Below, piece by piece: positions 38,522 through 51,926 of a stretch of DNA of 64,000 nt. Both the position numbers and the translations under genes were made by a program. Numbering within the stretch: the first letter of the stretch is position 1; each line of letters opens with the position of its first letter. The notes under the pieces were generated by a model. That model worked only from the letters and a program-made list of their open reading frames with translations, was not told where the DNA came from and did no database searches. Origin of the DNA: Paramecium tetraurelia (Eukaryota); assembly GCA_000165425.1 (NCBI GenBank), contig CT867985.1, forward strand, positions 682,001 through 746,000, read 5' to 3'.

Positions 38522-39542
38522 TCATTATTATTATTTCATTTGTTCCATTTTCCTTTAAAGAAGTGTTTGTTCCAATTTGTCTTTTTTTATTTATAATTTG
38601 TGTTGTTACTTTCTTAAGTTCAAGTATTATTATAAATCCTCATCAAATTATTTATTCAATATAATAGTAGATCCATTTAAATCCTCTATTTTTTCATTAC
38701 TTATTTCATCTAACTAATTAATTTACTCATCCAACTAACGGACTATATGATATGGATCCAATCTCTTTAATATTATGAATAATTTTATACATTTTGAACT
38801 TCTTTACATTCTCTGTCCTTGCTTATGACATCTGTTTTTAGTCTATCGAAGTAAGCTGCTAAACTAATCAATTCAGCCTTTTAATTCCTAATCTTTTTAT
38901 CTTATTCTATGAGATGATCTACTATTTGTAATAATATATACCAGCAAAATTCTCATTTGTTTTTCCCAATTCTATTATATATTGAGTCAATAATTTATAA
39001 TCAGGCAATTTTTCAATATATTCAAGTAACTTTCCACTTTCTATTATTTTCTTGTATTCTGTCACAGGTACATTTTGGAATAAGGTCTTTAAATCTACTT
39101 GTTGAATTCTTTGTATAATTTATTCCTCTTTTATTTTATTTTTTAAATTTGCTAATTCCTCAATATAAGGATCTTACTGAGGTTTGGACACTAGGAATAG
39201 CTCTTTGATAGTTAGAGCAGTAAGCTTAAAGGTTTCTTTGTTTTGCACTTTAATTTACCAATTTGTTTCATTAATGCTCTCATGTTGTAAATTTGATATC
39301 ACAAAATATTTAGCTTAGCTTAATGGATAGTCTTTATTGATCACTCTTAAATATCATAATGTCTAAAATTACAATTTTATTTGAATATCTGGAAGAATTG
39401 TAATTAAATATTGCTCTTAATAATCTTGGTTGACTTTATCATGCAATGAAACCACTGGAAATAATTATTAAAGTTCGATAATTTATTGTCTCTTGTCCTG
39501 TGGAACCTTATTTGGAATATAATTTTGTTGTTGATAATTCAT
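38522..39542 (-). CDS. VPS37: VPS37-like ESCRT-I subunit (UEV-like N-terminus, Mod(r) C-terminus)
   Basis: N-terminal LVINKDYPLSQAKYFVISNLQHESIN; C-terminal LDPYHIVRQLDEQINQLDEISNE...DLQQYLNLRKQQHKLQIKKDKL; at least two short introns. Confidence 0.6.
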
Positions 39543-39615
39543 TAAAGAAAATAATTAATTAATATAAATTGATACTGTGTTCAATATCGCAACTGCTGTC
39601 CCGTCGAGTCTGCTA

Positions 39616-40238
39616 NNNNNNNNNNNNNNNNNNNNNNNNNNNNNNNNNNNNNNNNNNNNNNNNNNNNNNNNNNNNNNNNNNNNNNNNNNNNNNNNNNNNN
39701 NNNNNNNNNNNNNNNNNNNNNNNNNNNNNNNNNNNNNNNNNNNNNNNNNNNNNNNNNNNNNNNNNNNNNNNNNNNNNNNNNNNNNNNNNNNNNNNNNNNN
39801 NNNNNNNNNNNNNNNNNNNNNNNNNNNNNNNNNNNNNNNNNNNNNNNNNNNNNNNNNNNNNNNNNNNNNNNNNNNNNNNNNNNNNNNNNNNNNNNNNNNN
39901 NNNNNNNNNNNNNNNNNNNNNNNNNNNNNNNNNNNNNNNNNNNNNNNNNNNNNNNNNNNNNNNNNNNNNNNNNNNNNNNNNNNNNNNNNNNNNNNNNNNN
40001 NNNNNNNNNNNNNNNNNNNNNNNNNNNNNNNNNNNNNNNNNNNNNNNNNNNNNNNNNNNNNNNNNNNNNNNNNNNNNNNNNNNNNNNNNNNNNNNNNNNN
40101 NNNNNNNNNNNNNNNNNNNNNNNNNNNNNNNNNNNNNNNNNNNNNNNNNNNNNNNNNNNNNNNNNNNNNNNNNNNNNNNNNNNNNNNNNNNNNNNNNNNN
40201 NNNNNNNNNNNNNNNNNNNNNNNNNNNNNNNNNNNNNN
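39616..40238. other. Assembly gap (N run)
   Basis: 623 consecutive N. Confidence 1.
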
Positions 40239-40376
40239 ATCCTAATCTTCAATCCAGCTTAAAATATTCATCTAAATTCTTATTTATTCTCCAACTAATC
40301 AGTTAGCTTTTCCATAATTCGTATTAATAAATTTTTAATCATGCTATTTCAAAAATCACTATTATCTTTAATTACT

Positions 40377-40931
40377 ATGTTTGATTGCAATTCTTATCCA
40401 ATATAAAAAGTGTGCATCGATGGACGCTATTTTTTAGCCTATCCCATTTATATTATAAGATAAGCAAACCAAAAAGAAAGCAGCCAAAATTTAGAAATAA
40501 AAATTGAAGAACATAAACAAAATGATAATACAAGTTTATAGTATTAATATAACAATGATACAATCAATTTCGATCCTTACATGTTTCCAGGATAATCAAA
40601 AAATTACTATAAGATTATAGGAAATAAGTTAGCATCATTTATAATAAAATATTTTGATAAAACAGAAATAATAAAAGACAAAACAATAGAAAAGTTCTTA
40701 AAAACAAAAAAATCAAAACGAGCAAAGAAGCATATGATATTATTAATGAAATCAAAAATTGCAAGACAAATAGTTAAGATATATTTTGGGAATTATTTGT
40801 GGTGTTCCAGTATTCTAGAATAAATGAAATCTGATATTCAATTTTATTTATGCTTAAATAAGCAAATATTTAGGAGAAAATCAAAATAGAAGAAAAACCC
40901 TGAATCGATATAATTCCAAGAATAAAATTGA
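40377..40931 (+). CDS. Hypothetical basic protein (~184 aa), probably a lineage-specific family
   Basis: Open frame from ATG 40377 (or 40341) to TGA 40929-40931; PGQSKNYYKIIGNKLASFI...IYFGNYLWC. Confidence 0.7.
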
Positions 40932-41815
40932 GTATTTTAAATTCATATCATCTATATTTCAATCAATAATGGTTGTACCCAAAAAATTTTCCCCAAATTT
41001 TAATTTTACAATTAATATTATTCTCCAATATTAATAGACATTATAATGAAAATAATCTTAAAACCCTTCCACAATCTCACTAAGAATTCGATAAGTTAAA
41101 CCGATTATAGAAGGAACACTTAGATATAGTTTTTATTATTTATTCAAAATAACAAATGATTAAAGTTAAATAAAATAATGAATTATAAGAAATAATTTTA
41201 CGATAATTAGATTAACATATATCATACATTAATCTAGTTTAGAGGAAATATTATTTAATTCATAAAATGAACTGGCTTTCACATTAAAATACTTTATTTA
41301 TATTAATTATTAGGCATTTAATTTTATATTATTTCTTTAATTTACACGAAAAAGTTAATGCTAAAGATCAAATAATAATGAAACAAAGAGCAAGAATAAT
41401 TAAACATTGATTTTATTAATTCTTTATGACATATATTACACAATTAAGTCCTAAATCTAACATTTGAAGGTTATTTCCATGACTTTATCAAATGAAACTT
41501 ATTCATTAAAAATGCAAAGGAATGATCAAATCGGTTGTTTTTTTATCCTATTCTCATTTATAAATCTTCAGAAAAAATAAAAATTATTATTATTAACTAA
41601 TTTTACACTATTAAAGAATAACCAAAAGAAATTATAAATCAAAAGAAACTTGAAAAATACATATAATAGAAAAACGAGATTCAGAATCAAAGAAATATTC
41701 GATAATAATAATACCTGATAAATTTCACATTTTTTTTCCATAATTAATGAAAATTAATATAAATTCCGATTTTAGGGATACTAGAAGTTTTATATTAATA
41801 TTTAAGATTTATTTT

Positions 41816-43237
41816 ATGATATTATAATTGTCACTCCTAGCTATTTTAGGAAATGCATACTAATTACTAAAAAAAATTGAACTAGAAGTCATCAACAATT
41901 TTTCAGAAAAGTTAAGCCTTGAAACAAACGATGAAGACTTGTTATTAGTCTTCTATTTTGAGAAAGCTAGCTATCCTTTGGCTATAGTCTCTCATGAGAA
42001 AGTTCGGGAGGCAGATTTCAATATAACAACAAAACCAAAATTTATTGAGAGTAGAAAAGAAATTTATTTTGACTTTGAGTCCATGTAAACCCGTCATAAT
42101 ATCCATTTAATTGAAATTTCTTAGGGGAATGACATCTATTATTACGTAAGAGATGGATTTGGACCCTTTAGAGTAAAATTAGAAGTTTATTCGAAACCTC
42201 ACTCTACGTGTATAAACAACTGTTAGGGTTATTCTTTGAATAAAATAATTCAAAATGCAAGCTGCACATCAAAGTGCGAATGTTAGAGCGGTTTTTTTGG
42301 ATCCTACTGTTAATTTGAACTATAAAAAATGGAAAAAGATGTACAGTATGAAATTCAATTGATGGCTCGTAAGATTATATACTTGTCTTACTAATTCAAT
42401 GAATAGGCTCTGTTAATTGCCGAAGGTGTAAATGAACCAATAAGTAAGTTATTTTTTTTATAATTAGCTGTAAGTTTTGGAATTTTAGGGTTGAAAGGCT
42501 ATGAAGTCCCTGATTCAACATCATACACGGCTATTTTACATAGTTAACTCAGTCTCACTAAGTTGATGCAAAATTTGCATTAGTAATTTTAGAACTCTAC
42601 TACACTGGTAATTGGTTTGTAATGTAAATCTAACTAATCATTTAAATTATATGTAAAATAGGAATAAATTCCAAAAATATGGGATGGAAACTGCCTATTT
42701 TTGATTTTTGCATCCTTCAACATTTTTATTATTATTATTTGCTTTGCAATTACAAACTTATGTAAAAAGAAGGATATTAAAATGAATAAAAAGAAAATTA
42801 AAGTAAGACCCCCTCCAATAGAGGAAAATCCTAAAAACTTTAGTGGACAGTTTTTTGATAAATACTTCGAAATATTTGATTACGAAGATTTCATTAAATC
42901 AAATCCAGAATTTCAATAAAATACATAATGTGTAGTATGCTTAGACAATTTAAATCAAAAGGAAATTAGTGTAAGCATTTGTGGACACATTTTTCATCAT
43001 TTGTGCTTAAAGAAGTGGCTGATGAAAGTGTTAACATGTCCATCTTGCCGATAGTAGATTACATATTAATAAGTGATCCAAGGAGGTTGGATAGGAAGTA
43101 AGCTTTCTTAAAGTCCCTTGCATCCCTAATCTAATCCAAAATGTAAATTAGTTAATGATAGTAACATACTTATTGAGAGTATGGATAATATTGAAATTGT
43201 AGATAAACAAGATAACGATGAAAATTAGGATTCTTGA
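41816..43237 (+). CDS. Type I membrane RING-H2 E3 ligase with extracellular EGF-like domain
   Basis: Signal peptide MILQLSLLAILGNA; CINNC...CECQSGFFGSYC; TM helix near 42695-42760; CVVCLD...ICGHIFHHLCLKKWLMKVLTCPSCR; intron near 42443-42467. Confidence 0.88.
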
Positions 43238-43440
43238 AATATAACTATTTATTGTTCAATAATTATTAAAAGTCAAATACATATTTAGTTTGAGTTTCTG
43301 GTATTACTAGGATACTTAAATAAGTCTTTTTAATTTATTCTTTAAATTCGTATTCTATTTATCAAAACAATTATAATTTTTGATGTTGATTGTAATTAAA
43401 ATCGAATTTATAAGCCTTTTTCTTTTATTAAATTTAATTA

Positions 43441-44083
43441 ATGTATGAAGCAGAATATGCAGACTAAACACCTGTAGAGGATGGGCTTGAAGATGTTGAA
43501 GTTGTTGTTAGTAAAGAGAGGCGCTATTAGTAAGAATTATTGTTGGTTTATAATTAAAAAGAAATTGAGTATAAATAATTGAGGGAATATTAGAAACAAA
43601 TTATATATAATATCTAAAGGATTAGGGAGAAGGGTATGATAAATTATCTTATATAAATAGAATATCAAAAGGAAGTATTATTGGTTGATCCATATCTATC
43701 GGAATACATAAAGGAGCTTGAAGAATAATAATTATATGATTTAGATTCCTAAAAGCAAGACATTAAAGCAGATAAGTAGAGCAGAATTGATCAATTGAAA
43801 TAAATACAATAGGCTAAGAATTCGTTAAAATTACTATTTACACAAACAGAAATCTCTAGTCATTCGTAAATTTTATACAAAAATATGTTGGAGAATTTCA
43901 ATTAAGAGTTGTTTTAATATATGTAAGAGAGAGCTGATTTAGAAGATGAATAATTTGAATTTGATAAGCGCCTTAAAAGTTTACGAGCTCAAATTAGGGT
44001 AAGTACTTGAAATATTTTAGGAAGTAACAGAAAAGAATTAAAAATTAATCTAATAGATAGAAAATAGTAAGTAGGGTGAATGA
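43441..44083 (+). CDS. Hypothetical coiled-coil protein
   Basis: ATG 43441, two short introns, TGA 44081-44083; E/Q/K-rich. Confidence 0.7.
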
Positions 44084-44617
44084 ATCTTCTATTTTTTTTT
44101 GCATTTATTTAAAGAACTGTATTTCCATGCACCTCATAATTTATTATTTCAAGAACCAAGTAATAAACAGTATTTATCCTTGACTTAATTGATCCCAAGT
44201 AGAAATACATACTTCTTTTATTTAATTTTTCAGAATTACTTATAGTTAAAAGACTTATATCTATTTTTAATACATATTTATTAACTTAACAATATAATCT
44301 AGTATAGGTAAAACATGTTTCTTGTCGCTTACTCTCCTTACAATTAGTATACATGTTATTCTTCAAATAAATAATTACTGACCAAAATAATTTATTATGT
44401 TATATGGATTAAATTATAAATACCTATTAATAATCTTTAAGAGAAGATTTTGAATCAAATGATATCTATAATTAGAAATCTTTTTATACGTATTATTTAA
44501 ATAAAAGAAATATTTAGTAAAACACTTTAGACTACTCTTGTAAATATTAATTATGATTTTTTTTAAATGTATAAACGTCACTTGTATTGATGATTGTTAG
44601 TGTTTATATTTATATTT

Positions 44618-45526
44618 TCATATTTTTGAAACCAAATCTTCTACTTCATTTAAAGAATCTCTAATTTGAGTAAATTGTAACTTCAAATTATTAAGTGATT
44701 ATTCCATCAGGTCTATTTTATAATTAGTTTACAACAAAGTTTTAATATGTTGAAATACTTTAATTAGATCAGAATCTACGTCACTATACTTAGTTAAAAT
44801 ATAAAATAATACCTGCTTTTGCATTTCTAAGAGATCTAATTTATTACTATTCAGTAGTTTGTTGTTTTCACTCAGAGTTGCTTCTATGGTATTGATTTTA
44901 TCAGCTATTTCTGATTTGTTATTCAATAAATCAATTTATGAAAAGATACTCGTAAACTTAAGATTAGTTTCTAATTAATAATCTTATATCAAGTTAAATT
45001 TAGCTTAGATTTCTTTATTTAAATTTTTGAAAAGATTGTCTTCTATATTTTTGATTCCCTTTTATGCATCCTTGGAAATCTTCCTCTCCAATCTATCAAG
45101 TTACTCCTGATCTAAAGTGGCGTAGTTATATTATTACTAAGGTTTCTCTAATCCATACTTGCTAATAAATTAACTATTAAATGCCTGTAAGAGTTCCTAT
45201 TATTCAATTAGTGATCTTTCTAGATTGCCTACTTTTATTAACACTTTTTGATTCTCATCTTCAATTTTTCTAAACTTTTGCCATAATTTCTCTATAACTT
45301 ATTAAAATCTATCTGATTTAACATGTTAATCAAGTTCATTTTATAATTATAAACACATATCGCACGATTTAAGTTTATTTACTTCATCCGAGAATAAAAT
45401 TGTGGATGGAGCTTTGTCTTGAAAGTTCTGTTTTGTAAGAAAATCTATAATATTAAGGCCTCGACCTTAATTTCTAGCTGAATGAGCTGATTGCGGAATT
45501 TTTTCAAGAGAGTTTCTTCTGCTCAT
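44618..45526 (-). CDS. Hypothetical coiled-coil protein
   Basis: ATG 45526 MSRRNSLEKIP..., heptad-rich, TGA 44618. Confidence 0.72.
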
Positions 45527-45532
45527 TAATTA

Positions 45533-46453
45533 ATGTTATAATTTTAAAGAATTTCAAGGCCAAAAAAATCAATCTCACAAAGCCTAATTCTTTAGAATCC
45601 CCCCGTTCTTGAACTTGAGAGTACAATCAAAGTTAAGGAGCATTTTTAGCATTTAAGATAAAAGCTAAAGGCAATACCCTATATTACAACTCCTGTGGCA
45701 TCACCAACTTAATAAGGATAGCCTCAATAACGAAAGAGGAGAGATAAAAAAGGGAAGAAATATAAATAAGAGAAAACAAATTTCTAATTAGAGGTGTCTA
45801 GTATTAGTTCTTCAATAACAGATGAATCTATAGATAAAGATATAAAAGGCGAATTTTTAATAGCAAGTGATAATTTGAAAAAGCTTTGCAAATAACCAAA
45901 TCAAAATAAAAATAATTCCTCCTTCATAAATTCGCCATTATATCCTTAGAATAAATAAGAATCCTAAAAAATGGATTCGTCATTAAATTAATTCGATAAT
46001 GAAAGGGTTAACATTAATTTTGTAAAGTCTCTTTAACATAATTCGGATTGTAAAGATATACAAGAATATTACGAGGATGGAAACTTAAACATTTATTTTT
46101 AAAGTAAGGATATGCTCACATTTTTACGTTATGAACATGAAGCACAAGAAATGATTTAGAAATCCAAAATGTTTTGTTAAAACTAAAACCTATTGGAAAC
46201 ACTATAGAATGAGATTGAGATCTATGAATAAAAATAGGTCAAAATTGATCAAAAGAAGGAAGAATAATAAAGGGAGTTTATTCAAAGAATATTACTCTAA
46301 GAAGAATAGAAGTAGAATTTTTTAAAGAAAGCAAAAACAAAAAAAATAGGATAGATTGCTAATAAATTTATTGAACATCACAATTTAGAATTAAATCATT
46401 AAAATTCATCAGCAGAAAAATCAAGAAGAAGAATAGAAGAACTATAGAAATGA
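45533..46453 (+). CDS. Hypothetical protein (306 aa), C-terminal coiled coil
   Basis: ATG 45533 and TGA 46451-46453 are in frame; coding-like throughout the part read. Confidence 0.72.
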
Positions 46454-46478
46454 ATAAATTAAACTTAAAACCTATTTA

Positions 46479-48040
46479 TCAATCAATTTTCAAATCTTTA
46501 ACTGGAATTAAACTGTCATCAAACTTTTATTCATTTCTTTTCATAGACAAACTCTTTTCTTTACTTCCCTCTCTGCTATTGCTTCTTCTTGGCTTCTTAA
46601 TCTTTGTTTTTTAATCCTGAATTTTTATGATTGATTCATCCACTTTCTGTGTGTTGTAGTTTAAATCAGTTGATGTATATGCAATTACATGACTTGCACC
46701 AAGTGAGATCTATAACAGCTTTTCATTTTTAAAAATGGTTGTAATCTATAAAAGGTTAAATAAAGTATATACATCTCTAGGTTTGAATTGTGAATTCTCA
46801 TTTCTAGTACCGAGGACATAACTTTAACCATTTCCCCAAGAGAATAATTATCCTTCTTGAGAGATAGCAAAGTTAAAATGCATGGAAGAATAAATAGTTT
46901 GCATCTTGGGGATATCTTTAATCATTTATGGACTAGTGATGAATTCATATCCGATAACCTTATCAGACTTTTAAATTTCAAATAGTTCTCCTTATAATTT
47001 ATTCTTTTTGCTTATTTTTTTTTTGTTGCTCTCGTTAAGTTTTTATGACTAGATTTCTTCTTCTAATTGTTTTTATGCTTGCTCTTTCAATTGTTCATTG
47101 ATTTCTTCTCCTAATCCGAGTTGTCCATCATCATGTCTGCCAAATGAATACAGATTTCCTTAAGAATCTAATGCAATTGTATGGTGTTCTCCTCCAACCA
47201 TATCAATAACATCAATGTTATCAAAAAATTCGATTAATGTAGGTAATTATTAGTTTTCTTGATTACCAATACCCAATTATCCGTAGTTATTTAATCCCCA
47301 TCCGTAAATTCCAACTTTGTTATCTTTCATTTAAACTTTAACAAATGCATGAGAAGCTCCTGTAAAAATGTTTAAAATTGGCTTTTTCATCTTGATTGGC
47401 TAAGGATTTAAATTTTGCATAACTGATCTTCTGGTTTCACTTTTTCTACCTATTACTAAGGTTTCTGCATCTCCCCATGTTAATAACTAAACTTAAATGG
47501 ATAATGTACTTTTTGGCTTTCCAATAATACCATGGTATGATTTTAACCACATAGTATTTTTTTTATTCCCTCTGTAATATTATCCATTTTTTTTGGCTTT
47601 TGCACTGACTCTCCAATTGGACCATGAGTATTTGCATAAAACCCCCAGAAATATACTAAACCATTGGAATTTGCAGCAATTGAATGAGAACTACCACAAG
47701 CAATCATGTCCACAGGAGGAAGATCTGTAATCAGTGCTGGAACTCGAGCGTCTTCTCCTTCTATTTTGGGTCTGCCAAGCACTCCCTTGTCATCACATCC
47801 AAATGAATACACCTAATTTATGTTAAATCAATGCAATACTTTTCCTTAAGAAGTCAAAATTAAGGCATGCATTCCTCCACATGCCACCTAGGTTATTGAT
47901 AGATTATTCAATTCTTTTATTTGATATGGTCTCTTGACTTCATACAATTCTTCATCGTCTTCATCCTTAGCCAAAAATTGATCACATTCAGCACTTCCCC
48001 AGGCATACAATTTTTATTCACTCAATTATTCACTTTACAT
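46479..48040 (-). CDS. RCC1: Regulator of chromosome condensation (RCC1-repeat Ran GEF)
   Basis: VACGGMHALIL, VYSFGCDDKGVLGR, GLVYFWGFY, YGWGLNNYGQLG, VGGEHHTIALD and YSFGRHDDGQLG. Confidence 0.85.
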
Positions 48041-48059
48041 CAATAATTAAAATTAATAT

Positions 48060-51000
48060 TCATTTATTTTTCCTATCTGCTCTTGAAAATCTTCTAACCA
48101 AAAGAGGACCATGAAATTTTGGCTGATTGGGCACCGGATTTTGCAAGAAATGTACATAATCTGGATTTAGGTATGGTTGTTTATGGAGATCTGCTAATCA
48201 ATATAAATTTATTACTCATATAAGACAATGTATTATAAGTAGTTAAAGTTTCTATGGTATTGGAATACTCTTCATCATTTATTACAGATTCTGGAGCTGG
48301 CATGAATTGAACTTTCTATTATTATTCATCTCCAAACACATCATTAAAGGACTCAAAGGCTCCTCTTCAAATATATTTAAAATAACTTACTTTTTATTAA
48401 CTATAATATAAATATATGTTAGCAATGACTCTAATTTCACATGCAAAGGCAAGGTGGTTCTTTACTCATATGTCCATTCCGACACTCTCTCCCCAATTGG
48501 AGCTGGACTTATTCTTTCTGCCATTCTCCCTAGTGACTCTATAAATTCTATGAGAGACATTCTAACATTTCTATCTTAATTAAGTTCATCCACCTATGAC
48601 ATCATAGAGAAATTGTAGATTATGACTTGCTATTTATCATTCAAATATTCATTCAATCCAATCTGTTTACAAAACTCTTTAAATTCTTTAATGGAAATCC
48701 ATTTTAATTTAAAATACCATCTTCTGTTGCTGATATCTGTAGCATAATCATATAGTTTCTTCAAGAATCCCATCTTGAATGTTATTAAAGTGTCACACTC
48801 CTTATTCCACAATCTCTTCTGTCTCCAATCCTGAGTGGAATCAAAATTATTGAAGTAAGGCTTGAATTCCTTTAATAATCGATATACTGCATCAGCTGCA
48901 TTCTTGACAGTATTTGTCCTTACATATTTATCAAGAGCCAATCTGTAAAGACTCTCTATGAATTAGTATCTAATCAGAGCTTAATCTGGATTGTATATGA
49001 ATTTATTGTCTACATTATTCTTTATTGAAATTAAATTGCTCTCTACATCCTAGATTTTCAAGTCAACTCCATCAACTAATCCTACTTATTATACTAACTT
49101 TTAGAATTAGGGATATTATATGCAAAACATATCAAATTAAGGAGGTTAATGTCCAAAACTTGAAAGGTACTTATATACATCTTTTAATAATTAATATTGT
49201 TGTCTGAAATATTCTTTCATCTTAGTTCTTTCATACTCATTTCTAACAAATCTAGTAATCTTACTACATTACCAATCAAAATCTAAACAGCTGTCCAATA
49301 AATTATCATTATCGCTCTAAAATTATTTAAAAGATGAATCTTCCTTAATCCAAAATATTATATTAACTTTCTTTCTGATTGAATTATTTGCAAATTTCCT
49401 CAAAATGTATTTTTTTTGAGCAGATCGAGGAAATATTTTAACCAATGGTTTATAATCGTTTTTATCGTCTATTACGTATTCCTGTTTAGACAATAAATAA
49501 TTAATTTAATTAATCTTCTTAAATTTAACCTTAGTTCCATCTGCAAATTAATGATATTGAAATTTAGTATCCTTGCCTTGCAATATTAAATCATCAGGGG
49601 GGGATTACATACTTAATGAATTTTTATCTATAAAATAGTCCTCAGACATTGGATTACTAAAGAAGTACAGGATCCTTCTTTTAGGTGGACACATCTAATA
49701 GGTAGTATAATAAAATTAATCAAGATCATCTAATAATCTTTCATCCACAACTTCATCCTTTGTTTCCATGTCATAAGCTTCTTGGATTGCAGCCATAGTT
49801 ATTTTTTTATCATCATTTATTACTTACTTTAATTGATAAATTATTTCGCCAGTTGTTAATTATGGTTGCTCAACAGATTTGCTTTTTCTTTATTATTTCA
49901 TCTATTCCTTTAATTCTAAGCTCGATGTCATTGGAATTGGTTTATAACTAATTTCGTATAAAATAATACTCTAAAAAATCAAGATGGAGAAAGATTGGCA
50001 CATCACCGTTAAAATCATCTGGAGTGTAATTAAATTTAAACTCCATCCACCCTTAGCAAATCCAGCAACAATCACTACCTAACAATCCATCATTTAATTC
50101 AGGTATAAAATTTACACCATCTATTTCATACTTCTTTTATTATAATCTGAAAGGATTTCCTTAAAATTGTGATCCATTATTAGCAAATTGAATGAATCCA
50201 TTAGGATCTACATATGCAGCACATTTGTTCCCTTCAATATGCAATCCATAGATCTAATTGTTTTTTTTCAAAGCATCATTCAAGATTCTTAATTATTATT
50301 CGCTAAATTGATTATATGATAGATCAATATGTATAAGTGACATCTTTGGATTTGAAATGATCTCACTCCAATAGATCATGCAATTATTCTATCCCAAGTG
50401 ATTATAACTTAAGTCTATCACTTTTAATGATTTATTATTGGCCAATCCTTTTGCAATAGATTAGCCAGATATGGATCCCAAGTAATTCCAATTTAACATT
50501 AAGACTTCCACTGTTTTATTACTCACTAAGAAGTTATACAAAGTTTTTGAAATAGAATCGGTTAAACCATTTTCTGATAGGTTCAATCTAGTAACTGAGT
50601 TATTTTTCATCAAAGCATTTAATAATATTTAAATTCCTTAATCTCCTAAAGTGTTATTGGCAACATTTATGTATTTGATGCTATAAAACAATAAGAATAG
50701 ATACCTTTTATGAGTTGTGATTAATTTTTCAAGAAGCACGGCTCCTCCTTTACCTAATTTATTATTTGAAATTTTTAATTCTTTTAAAGAAAGAGGTATG
50801 CAGTCGACAATCATACCTAATTCTGAGTCCTTTAAGTTGTTATCACTTAAAAATAGTTATTTAATTCTCTAACTCTTTTATTATTTCAATAAGGTAGTCA
50901 AAATTGGATAATATTTAGAACCTATGCCTAAATTGGTGAAATTCATCTCTTTTTTATCAACCAAGCAATTTGTTAAGTCAATTCTTTTGGGAAACAAACT

Positions 51001-51522
51001 GTCATGAACACAAAAATAGTAAATCGGATTCATTCCCTCTTCGTTTATGAAATGCTAAGCTACGTCTCTCAATTTGTTTTAGTTCTTCAAGAACCCAAAA
51101 TATGATTCTTCGTTAATTTTATCTCTGAATTATCACTCGCATATACTTAATTTATTTTTAACATGCTCCTTGTGTTTGTCTAGATCAAAAGCATCGACAC
51201 TACTATTTGATTTCTCAGAACTATCTTCACTTATCTCTTCACTCTGGTTAATTTAAGGATCAGTCTTTGCAGGAAAGATGCGGGGAGTTATTCTAATAAG
51301 CTTTTATGATAGATAAATAGCCTTCTTTTGTTGCTTTATGCTATCATCAAAATAATAGGACTTTTCCTCTTTAAAAACCTCATGAGTTTACTTTGATCTT
51401 GATTCAGATCTGCTAGTTTTGGTTGTAAAAAATGTTTTCAACATCTCTTTCTTTTACTTTGTATAATCCTTAAGTAATGGGAGTTTTCTTTATTGTTTCG
51501 AATTAGAAATAATTATAGACAT
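48060..51522 (-). CDS. Large RNI-type LRR protein with C-terminal helical region
   Basis: LRRs such as LSDNNLKDSEL, INVANNTLGDQGI, LNLSENGLTD, LNWNYLGSYSG and IDLSYNHLG; several short introns; TGA 48060. Confidence 0.85.
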
Positions 51523-51926
51523 TTGATATTTTATAAATAAAATAACTAAATTATGTTATTTTCTTGTATACTAAACTACTATCTCAACTATTAATTTTTT
51601 GTATTAATAACCATTCTAAATTAACTCTTAAAATGCCTAAGTTGATCAATATATTTAATACTTTCTAGTTGGAAAACAGATGAGTTTATTGATGTTTTAT
51701 AAATGATTTATTAAAATCTAAGAAGTATACAAGATTGTTATTTTCTTGAGAATTATAAGATTGCATTTGACATCGTAGATTTAATATGAGGTTTGTGATT
51801 AAAATTAAATATCCTAATTTATTGTTTAAATATTTTATTATAATAATATAATTAGAATTCATAATAAAATATTTTAATTCTTAAGTATTTTGTACTAAAT
51901 GTTTATTTATATAAATTTATAATTTT

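Noticed and set aside
39571..39615. GC-rich stretch next to the gap, possibly an element end or foreign DNA
   Set aside because: Only ~45 nt at a contig end; most likely low-quality read sequence, with no recognisable motif.
39569..40306. Three long ORFs in the supplied track
   Set aside because: They are translations of the N gap.
40932..41815. Long AT-rich gene-free stretch (also 57500-58185) as transposon or retained IES
   Set aside because: No terminal inverted repeats, transposase remnant or convincing TA-bounded IES consensus seen; decayed gene sequence is more likely.
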